DNA from: Erysipelothrix inopinata
Lineage (GTDB): Bacteria > Bacillota_I > Bacilli_A > Erysipelotrichales > Erysipelotrichaceae
DNA length: 32,000 nucleotides
Direction: 5' to 3'
Assembly (NCBI RefSeq): GCF_014396165.1
Contig: NZ_CP060715.1
Coordinates: 1,470,001 to 1,502,000, forward strand
Below the pieces are notes generated by a model, which saw only the letters and a list, made by a program, of their open reading frames with translations, did not search any database and was not told where the DNA came from. A program made the translations under genes and the position numbers. Positions 25,759 to 32,000 of the stretch are shown here, one piece after another (within the stretch, counting starts at the first letter, position 1; the number at the start of each line of letters is the position of its first letter).

Positions 25759-26222
25759 TGGCTCCTGCAACATTTAAACGTACGATACCGAATATTATTA
25801 AAAACTTTTTATATACATTTTTCAGTCCGTTAGCGGCATATATCTTTGTTTATTTCATAGGTTCTATTTTTATTAAAGATAGCGAAATGTTACAATGGAT
25901 TGCTATTGGAATTAGTGCATTAATCTTCTTAGCATTACTTAAAATGTTATTGATTGATGACAAAGTTGTGGTTACCGTATATGATGATCATCTTGTCTAT
26001 CAATCCGGTAAAAAGGTACGTGAATTTTACTTTAATGAATGTCAGTTTGGATATAAATCAGTCTCAAGTTCTGGAACTACAGATACGATAGACTTGAACG
26101 TTGTACAAAACGGAAACTGGATAACGTTAAATTGTGAACCTCTTGGTCCAACGCAATTTCAAGCGCTATACAGCCTTATTAAGGATCGCGGTCAATTTGA
26201 TGAACCGCAAAAATTAAATTAA
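25758..26222 (+). CDS. Hypothetical two-TM membrane protein with a small C-terminal soluble domain
   Basis: TAATG start/stop overlap with the previous gene (25756-25760). TM hairpin at aa about 17-66, then a domain of about 85 aa. Confidence 0.6.
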   Translation: MAPATFKRTIPNIIKNFLYTFFSPLAAYIFVYFIGSIFIKDSEMLQWIAIGISALIFLALLKMLLIDDKVVVTVYDDHLVYQSGKKVREFYFNECQFGYKSVSSSGTTDTIDLNVVQNGNWITLNCEPLGPTQFQALYSLIKDRGQFDEPQKLN

Positions 26223-26226
26223 TCAT

Positions 26227-26266
26227 AAATACCGTAAATTCCAATTGGAGTTTCGGTATTTTTTTG
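26227..26266 (+). terminator. Rho-independent terminator of the ABC exporter operon
   Basis: AAATACCG (26227-26234) / CGGTATTT (26254-26261), with extended imperfect pairing inside, followed by TTTTTG. Confidence 0.75.
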
Positions 26267-26355
26267 TTTTAGATACTTCAAACTTATTTGGTTCAATGAA
26301 TGGAAATAAAGTACAATAGTATTATAGAAAGTACCTGATTAGAGAGGACGTTAAT

Positions 26356-27252
26356 ATGAAACCAAAATATTCTGATGAGTATTGGAAACGCATTTATCTA
26401 GTCCAAGATTATATCGAAAAACATCCAACAGAAATATTTACAGTTGAAAATTTGGCTCAAATATCTGGGTTATCACAATATCACTTTCACCGAATCTTCA
26501 AGGCTTTGACTCAGGAAACGATTTATGAGTTTGTGACACGGACAAATATGGAATGGGCTCTAGGAATGTTGTTGCATCGTCAAGATTTATCGATTACCGA
26601 TATCGCGTATGAACTCGGGTATAGTGACTCAGCAGTTTTTTCGCGTTCGTTTAAACGGTACTATGATATGAGTCCTCGAAAAATACGCAGTGAGGATAGC
26701 AAGAATCGCAAAGTTATCGTAAAACCAAGAATCTATAATGAGGGTGTAGATGAAGTGGAAGTGAAACCAATTCTTATTGAACATAAGATAATTAAACCAC
26801 TGAAGCTCATTTACCAAAGAAAAATTGGTTCTTACAGTCAACTAGAATCTTATGGTGATGTTATTCAACATTTATTTTCAATTGCTCTTAATGGAAATAT
26901 ACTGAATGAAAACTCAAAGCCAGTTACGATTTATCACTCAAGTCCTGAAATATCAGAAACTGAAAATCAAAGAACGACATTTGGTTTATTTGTAAAAGAA
27001 ACAACGAAAGGTGTACCTCGTGACGATGTATCCGTAATGACATTGGATGAAAGTGAATATGCAGTGCTAAGTTTTGAATTGGACCTTGATGAATATCCGG
27101 CAGCTTGGAATTATATCTATGAATCATGGCTTGGAGAAAGTGGTTATTTACCAAGGAATGCGCCACCCTTCGAAGTTTATAAAAATAATCCATTAGAACA
27201 TCCTCTTGGTAAACATCTTGTTGATATTTATATTCCTGTAACAACCTATTAG
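26356..27252 (+). CDS. AraC-family transcriptional regulator with a C-terminal GyrI-like (SbmC/BmrR-type) ligand-binding domain
   Basis: N-terminal double HTH (LAQISGLSQYHFHRIFKALT ... IAYELGYSDSAVFSRSFKRYYDMSP). A C-terminal domain of about 165 aa ends ...PFEVYKNNP...HLVDIYIPV, typical of GyrI-like domains. Confidence 0.85.
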   Translation: MKPKYSDEYWKRIYLVQDYIEKHPTEIFTVENLAQISGLSQYHFHRIFKALTQETIYEFVTRTNMEWALGMLLHRQDLSITDIAYELGYSDSAVFSRSFKRYYDMSPRKIRSEDSKNRKVIVKPRIYNEGVDEVEVKPILIEHKIIKPLKLIYQRKIGSYSQLESYGDVIQHLFSIALNGNILNENSKPVTIYHSSPEISETENQRTTFGLFVKETTKGVPRDDVSVMTLDESEYAVLSFELDLDEYPAAWNYIYESWLGESGYLPRNAPPFEVYKNNPLEHPLGKHLVDIYIPVTTY

Positions 27253-27273
27253 TTTCTTAGAAAAGAGGGAAAC

Positions 27274-29559
27274 ATGAATAAAATTCGTATAAGAAATGCC
27301 CACAATAATAACTTGAAACATCTCGATGTTGATGTTCCTAAAGAAGAACTCATTGTCATTACAGGTGTTAGTGGTTCGGGAAAGTCGAGTTTGGCTTTTG
27401 ATTTAATCTTTGAAGAAGGACGTAAAAAATATCTCCAATCAATTGGGATGGGACTCGATTTTGGAGAGCAGTCCTACTCTGAAATTTCAGGTTTAAGTCC
27501 TACGGTTGCTGTAAAACAAAATATAATTCGTCAAAGTAACCCACGATCGACTGTCGGATCACGAACTGGGGTTCTAAATCTTCTGACGCTTCTTTATTCT
27601 CATGAAGGCACCGGGCAGGACATAGTGGAGGGAGAACCTATAGATCCGAGCACTTTCAGTTATTTAACGCCACAAGGAATGTGTTTTGATTGTGGCGGTA
27701 AGGGCGAGGTATATCGTATTCATTTGGATAAAATAATTACAGACGATGTAATGACTCTTGAGGATGTGTTTATTAAGATAGGTTCAACACCAGGATATCT
27801 TAATTTACTGAAACGAAATTACCCAGAGGCATATCATTTACCCTTTACATCTTTAAGTGAAGATTTACAAGATACCTTGATTTATGGAGCCTACAATAAT
27901 ACTACAGGTAAAACGAGCTACTGTATTGAAAGAGTACTCCAAAATCGCTACTTAAGAAATGAAGATGTGAGTGCCTACTATACCTTAGAAACGTGTAACA
28001 CGTGTCAAGGATATCGAATCGGTGAAGAGGCACAACATGTGCTCATCAATGGGAAACACATTGGAGAACTGGCACAAATGCAACTTTCAAACTTGGCACT
28101 ATTTTTGGAAGAACTTAAGAAATATAAGCGTGTCTCTGATTTTGGAATCGAACTTATTAGCACAATTCTTAAAGTGCTTGATTCACTGATTGACATTAAG
28201 TTAGGTCACCTCAGTTTATATCGTGAAATGCGAACCTTGAGTGGTGGGGAGTTACAACGCCTGTTTCTCCATGATCATTTAAACTCAGAGTTGAGTTCTC
28301 TTATCTATATTTTTGACGAACCGACCAGCGGACTTCACGAATCAGAAAAACAATCTATCAGTAACGCCATGCACCGCCTGAAATCACTTGGAAACACAGT
28401 GATTATCGTGACTCATGATCCTTACATAATTAAACAGGCAGAACACATCATTGATATTGGACCTAAAGCTGGATCTCTGGGAGGTGAAATTATCTTTCAG
28501 GGAACATATGATGATTTCTTAAATAACCATGAATCTCTCACAGCTCAATATTTAACAAAAAATCTCTTTCATTTACAAACTAAACGTCACCAGTCACATT
28601 CTTATTTAAAACTCAAGAATGTTTCGACATTCAATCTAAAGAATTTGGATGTTGAGTTACCATTGAACCAAGTCGTTGGTATTGCTGGGATCTCTGGAAG
28701 CGGTAAAAGTTCACTTATATCTAAAACACTCGTACCGAGAGTTAAGGATGCACTCAATACAAATGAAAAATCTCGCGTTGAAGGGATTGAAGGTTTGTCT
28801 AATGTGCTTGAAATTACGCAAGCACCCATTGGTCGCAAGTCAAACTCTAATCCCATTACATATTTAGGTATTTGGGATAAGGTGAGGTCGCTTTATGCAC
28901 AACAAGCGTCATCCAAAAAGCGACATTATCAAGCAGGAGACTTCTCATTTAATTCAAAAGGGGCATGTCCTGATTGTAATGGTTCAGGAGTCGAAACTAT
29001 TAATATTGGATACGACATTCAATTTGAGAAGAAATGTCCCACCTGTCTTGGAACTCGTTATCGAGAAGAAATACTAGAAGTTACCTATAATGAAAAAAAT
29101 ATCAATGATGTACTTAATTTAAGTGTTGATGAAGCCCTTGAATTTCTTAAAGAAAGCAAACTGAATCTCAAGGCCTTGGAAATTCTAAGTAAAATTGGAA
29201 TGGGTTATATAAAGTTAGGACAGTCAACTGCAACACTTTCAGGCGGCGAGGCACAGCGTATTAAACTTGCCAAAGAAATTGGAAAAGTTAATACAGGAAA
29301 AACACTTTATGTGCTTGATGAACCGTCAACAGGACTTAGTTACTATGATATTGAGAAGCTTCTGATTCTTATTGAAGAACTCATTGCGAAAGGAAACTCA
29401 GTCATCATTATTGAGCACGACCTCACAATTCTAAGAGCATGTGATTGGATAGTAGAACTTGGACCCGAGAGTGGCGACAAGGGTGGTTATATCATTGCCG
29501 AAGGCACCGTAGATTCTCTAAAAAACAATGATATTTCTAAGACGGGACGGTATTTGTAA
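27274..29559 (+). CDS. UvrA-like ABC ATPase, short paralogue (class II UvrA / UvrA2-DrrC-like)
   Basis: Two Walker A motifs (GVSGSGKSS, GISGSGKSS), two signatures (LSGGELQR, LSGGEAQR), and Cys pairs of zinc modules (CFDCGGKG, CNTCQGY, CPDCNGSG...CPTCLGTRY). It is 761 aa. Canonical UvrA is about 940 aa from memory. Confidence 0.85.
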   Translation: MNKIRIRNAHNNNLKHLDVDVPKEELIVITGVSGSGKSSLAFDLIFEEGRKKYLQSIGMGLDFGEQSYSEISGLSPTVAVKQNIIRQSNPRSTVGSRTGVLNLLTLLYSHEGTGQDIVEGEPIDPSTFSYLTPQGMCFDCGGKGEVYRIHLDKIITDDVMTLEDVFIKIGSTPGYLNLLKRNYPEAYHLPFTSLSEDLQDTLIYGAYNNTTGKTSYCIERVLQNRYLRNEDVSAYYTLETCNTCQGYRIGEEAQHVLINGKHIGELAQMQLSNLALFLEELKKYKRVSDFGIELISTILKVLDSLIDIKLGHLSLYREMRTLSGGELQRLFLHDHLNSELSSLIYIFDEPTSGLHESEKQSISNAMHRLKSLGNTVIIVTHDPYIIKQAEHIIDIGPKAGSLGGEIIFQGTYDDFLNNHESLTAQYLTKNLFHLQTKRHQSHSYLKLKNVSTFNLKNLDVELPLNQVVGIAGISGSGKSSLISKTLVPRVKDALNTNEKSRVEGIEGLSNVLEITQAPIGRKSNSNPITYLGIWDKVRSLYAQQASSKKRHYQAGDFSFNSKGACPDCNGSGVETINIGYDIQFEKKCPTCLGTRYREEILEVTYNEKNINDVLNLSVDEALEFLKESKLNLKALEILSKIGMGYIKLGQSTATLSGGEAQRIKLAKEIGKVNTGKTLYVLDEPSTGLSYYDIEKLLILIEELIAKGNSVIIIEHDLTILRACDWIVELGPESGDKGGYIIAEGTVDSLKNNDISKTGRYL

Positions 29560-30518
29560 TGAAACAAAATGCGCAGTATTGGGACAATATTACCAAAACG
29601 ATACAATCACAGTATTCAAATATCAGAGGAATATCCGTGGTTTATAATAATGAAACAGTATATGAACAGTTCTTTAAAACAAGAGCTCCCGAACAAAAAT
29701 TCAACGTTGCTTCGGTTACAAAAAGCATTGTATCTTTGCTAATTGGGATTGCAATTGATCAAGGCCATATTCCAAGTATTGATGATAAGGTTATGACTTA
29801 TTTTCCAGAGTATCACTTTAATGACACGAACCGTATACGTGATAGCATTACGATAAAAAATCTCTTAACCATGACGGCACCGTATCCTTTCCCTGCATGG
29901 AATGAACCATTTCTACGAATGGCAAGAAGTGAAGATTGGGTCGAATACTCACTGGGTACTCTTGGTAAAGGATGCCGTGTCGGTACTTTTAAATACTCTA
30001 CATCGGGAACACATATCTTATCCGCACTGCTGACTAAAGCTACCGGAATGAGTGCTCGCGAATATGCAAATCAAAATTTGTTTAAACCTATTGGTATTGA
30101 GGAAATTCCTCTATACCCCATGAAATTCGACCAAGAACATATTTTCGGTAACAAAGTTAGAGGTTGGGTAAGTGATCCATTGGGCTATTCTACAGGTGGT
30201 TGGGGACTTAATTTAAGCATTTCTGATATGGTGAAAATCGGGCAGTTATGTTTGCAAAGAGGCGTTTGGAATCAAAAACGAATCGTCAGTGAATCGTGGA
30301 TTTTAGAATCGACGACTACAGATAAAAACAACTATGGATACTTATGGTGGATAGGTGATCGAGAACGTGAGTATATTGCAACTGGATCTGGAGGGAATAT
30401 CATTTACGTAAATGAACCTGATAACCTAATAATTGCGATAGCATCAACAATCATCTCGAGACCAAAAGATCGCAAATATCTTGTGGAAGATATTAGAACG
30501 TTACTGGAATTAAAGTAA
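29559..30518 (+). CDS. Beta-lactamase-fold serine hydrolase
   Basis: SxxK motif ASVTKSI and a YSTSG (Y-x-S/N-like) motif. TAATG overlap with the UvrA-like stop codon (29557-29561). Confidence 0.8.
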   Translation: MKQNAQYWDNITKTIQSQYSNIRGISVVYNNETVYEQFFKTRAPEQKFNVASVTKSIVSLLIGIAIDQGHIPSIDDKVMTYFPEYHFNDTNRIRDSITIKNLLTMTAPYPFPAWNEPFLRMARSEDWVEYSLGTLGKGCRVGTFKYSTSGTHILSALLTKATGMSAREYANQNLFKPIGIEEIPLYPMKFDQEHIFGNKVRGWVSDPLGYSTGGWGLNLSISDMVKIGQLCLQRGVWNQKRIVSESWILESTTTDKNNYGYLWWIGDREREYIATGSGGNIIYVNEPDNLIIAIASTIISRPKDRKYLVEDIRTLLELK

Positions 30519-30536
30519 TAAACTAACGAAAGACTT

Positions 30537-30572
30537 AAACCAGGGTTCATCCATTTGAATTCTGGTTTTTTA
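30537..30572 (+). terminator. Rho-independent terminator
   Basis: AAACCAG (30537-30543) / CTGGTTT (30562-30568) with inner GTTCA/TGAAT pairing, followed by a T-run. Confidence 0.7.
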
Positions 30573-30668
30573 TTATTGGTGTGATTCTGAAAGTCACGTG
30601 ATAATTATCAAATATAATAATTGATATGATAAAATGAAGATACGCTGGTCGTGAAAGGAATACTTAAT

Positions 30669-30992
30669 ATGAATTCAATTACAATTTCAACACTTCAAGA
30701 ATATTTGAAAACAAAATATGATAATCCACAATATACAAACTCGCTGTTTATGAAACTTGTCGAGGAAGTTGGCGAGGTTGCGGAAGCCATTAATAAAATT
30801 GATGGAAGAAAAGCAGACGATGGACTGAGTTCACTTTCAGAAGAATTGGTCGATGTCATTCACTATGCTGTGGCGATAGCGACAATTAATGATATCGACC
30901 TTGAACAAGTCATGATTGAAAAAGACAAGAAAGCAAGTGTAAAATATCATCAATTTCCTAATCTTCAAGACTATTTAAATAATGAAAAATAA
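30669..30992 (+). CDS. MazG-like nucleoside triphosphate pyrophosphohydrolase (small all-alpha type)
   Basis: EEVGEVAEAI and EELVDVIHYAVAIA motifs (EExxE...ExxD). Start set at ATG 30669 rather than the track GTG at 30651. Confidence 0.75.
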   Translation: MNSITISTLQEYLKTKYDNPQYTNSLFMKLVEEVGEVAEAINKIDGRKADDGLSSLSEELVDVIHYAVAIATINDIDLEQVMIEKDKKASVKYHQFPNLQDYLNNEK

Positions 30993-31010
30993 AAGAAGAG
31001 AGGAATTACG

Positions 31011-31646
31011 ATGACTACGATACTAGTACATGGATTAGGTCAAAATCAACAAGCATGGAATGAAGTGATTCGTTTGCTTAATTTCAATGATGATATTATG
31101 GTTCCTCAACTTAACAATTTTGAAATTTCAGGGCCATTAACTTATGAAAAACTTTACGGGGAATTTTGCGCATTGTGTCATCGAGAATCATCGATAAATC
31201 TATGTGGTTTGTCATTAGGGGCAATACTTTGTTTAAATTATGCTATAGATTATCCGGAAAACGTTAATTCTTTAACTGTAATTGCTCCACAGTATAAAAT
31301 ACCAAAAGGACTCTTCAAAGTTCAAAATATGATTTTCAAGCTGTTACCAAAATCCGCATTTACAAAAATGGGTTTCTCGAAAACAGAGACACTTTCACTC
31401 GTCAACTCAATGGTTGATATTGATTTTACCGACCAATTGAAACGTATCAGTTGTCCTACACTTATCATGTGTGGTGCTAAAGATAATGCAAATATCAAAG
31501 CTGCGAAATCATTGCATGAATTGATACAAGACTCAATTTATGAAGAAATTAAGAATTCAAAACATGAAGTAAATATTGATAATCCTAGTGGACTTGCAAA
31601 CCAATTGAATGAATTTATAGATAAGAACTTAAGTCATAAAATCTAA
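31011..31646 (+). CDS. Alpha/beta-fold hydrolase
   Basis: HGLGQN oxyanion region, nucleophile elbow GLSLGA, C-terminal SKHEVN histidine. SD AGAGAGGAA lies upstream. Confidence 0.8.
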   Translation: MTTILVHGLGQNQQAWNEVIRLLNFNDDIMVPQLNNFEISGPLTYEKLYGEFCALCHRESSINLCGLSLGAILCLNYAIDYPENVNSLTVIAPQYKIPKGLFKVQNMIFKLLPKSAFTKMGFSKTETLSLVNSMVDIDFTDQLKRISCPTLIMCGAKDNANIKAAKSLHELIQDSIYEEIKNSKHEVNIDNPSGLANQLNEFIDKNLSHKI

Positions 31647-31649
31647 AAA

Positions 31650-31678
31650 TTGACAATAATTAATGGAATTGCTATAAT
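31650..31678 (+). promoter_or_regulatory. Perfect-consensus sigma-A promoter of the leader + ABC ATPase transcript
   Basis: TTGACA (31650-31655), exactly 17 nt, TATAAT (31673-31678). Confidence 0.75.
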
Positions 31679-31701
31679 CGAAATATCTAAAGAGGTGGCC
31701 G

Positions 31702-31725
31702 ATGATTAATATTTCTTGTAAATAA
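31702..31725 (+). CDS. Candidate 7-codon leader peptide (MINISCK)
   Basis: ATG 31702 is preceded by AGAGGTGG (31691-31698). TAA at 31723-31725. It lies about 17 nt downstream of the predicted transcription start and upstream of the terminator. Confidence 0.35.
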   Translation: MINISCK

Positions 31726-31818
31726 TTTAGCTAGAACAGTTTCAATGAAGAAGTTGTTTTTAGCGTGATTCGCAAGAAATGACTTTTCGCCTCAATAGAA
31801 TTTAAATTAACTTTTAAA

Positions 31819-31850
31819 GGGCTACAAGTTTCAGACTTGTAGTCCTTTTT
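31819..31850 (+). terminator. Intrinsic terminator inside the 5' leader (attenuator)
   Basis: 11-bp stem GGGCTACAAGT (31819-31829) / ACTTGTAGTCC (31835-31845) with one G-U pair, loop TTCAG, then TTTTT (31846-31850). It sits 87 nt upstream of the ABC ATPase start codon. Confidence 0.8.
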
Positions 31851-31869
31851 CGTCTTAGAAAGGGTGATT

Positions 31870-31902
31870 ATGATGAGAAAAAATCTAAAACAAAACATTT
31901 AA
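31870..31902 (+). CDS. Candidate second leader uORF (MMRKNLKQNI)
   Basis: ATG 31870 after AAAGGGTGA. TAA at 31900-31902. It ends 1 nt before the CAGGAG/CTCCTG hairpin adjacent to the main-gene SD. Confidence 0.25.
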   Translation: MMRKNLKQNI

Positions 31903-31936
31903 TTCAGGAGAAGACTCCTGACAGGAGGAAAAAATA

Positions 31937-32000
31937 ATGTCTATAATAATAAAAAATTTAAGCTTTGCTTACGATAATAGTGATCGTCTGATTTTTGATA
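31937..32000 (+). CDS. ABC ATP-binding protein, 5' fragment (possibly an ARE-type ABC-F of the Lsa group)
   Basis: ATG 31937 after ACAGGAGG. The visible 21 aa, MSIIIKNLSFAYDNSDRLIFD, form the beta-strand lead-in of an ABC ATPase and resemble Lsa-type N-termini as I recall them. The gene continues past the window. Confidence 0.6.
   Translation, partial: MSIIIKNLSFAYDNSDRLIFD

Noticed and set aside
26629-29077. Short ORFs inside the AraC and UvrA-like genes (26629-26841-, 26924-27244-, 28005-28196-, 28602-28856-, 28676-28867+, 28895-29077+).
   Set aside because: They are all antisense or out of frame relative to strongly supported CDSs.
1-32000. Search for CRISPR arrays, tRNA/rRNA genes, insertion sequences, integrases, phage genes, toxin-antitoxin pairs or recognisable phage-defence genes.
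   Set aside because: I saw no regularly spaced direct repeats and no tRNA-like or rRNA-like segments. No ORF has transposase, recombinase, nuclease or restriction-modification motifs. The MazG-like gene stands alone without a partner toxin.

Overview
Gene-dense, AT-rich chromosomal segment that looks like a low-GC Gram-positive (Bacillota) genome: strong GGAGG-type ribosome-binding sites, an LPXTG surface protein and sigma-A type promoters. I found no rRNA, tRNA, CRISPR array, transposase, integrase or phage gene. I support 27 protein-coding genes, one of them partial and one frameshifted, plus two possible leader uORFs and several RNA or regulatory elements.

Left to right:
- ABC exporter and a TrmB-family regulator.
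- A tandem-GNAT acetyltransferase and a DUF2871 membrane protein.
- A minus-strand operon behind what reads as a lysine (L-box) riboswitch: fused solute-binding/permease protein, ATPase and M20D amidohydrolase.
- A PepT-like M20 peptidase.
- A divergent oleate-hydratase (MCRA) homologue with a degenerate FAD dinucleotide-binding motif.
- An LPXTG adhesin with MucBP-like repeats, a small membrane protein and a beta-lactamase-fold serine hydrolase.
- A polytopic membrane protein with an AbrB/SpoVT-like N-terminus.
- A Crp/Fnr regulator divergent from a YczE-like membrane protein, with a perfect 16-bp palindrome between them.
- An antimicrobial-peptide-type module: an 878-aa fused ATPase-FtsX (MacB-like) transporter, an OmpR-type response regulator, a frameshifted intramembrane-sensing histidine kinase, and a four-gene ABC exporter operon.
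- A drug-response-like cluster: AraC/GyrI regulator, short UvrA paralogue, serine hydrolase, MazG-like protein, alpha/beta hydrolase, and the start of an ABC ATPase preceded by an attenuator-like leader.

The most interesting candidates are the AraC/GyrI-UvrA2-hydrolase operon, the uORF/terminator leader at the right edge, the L-box-controlled transporter/amidohydrolase operon, the degenerate hydratase paralogue and the membrane-tethered AbrB-like protein. All family assignments come from reading motifs by eye. No database search was run.
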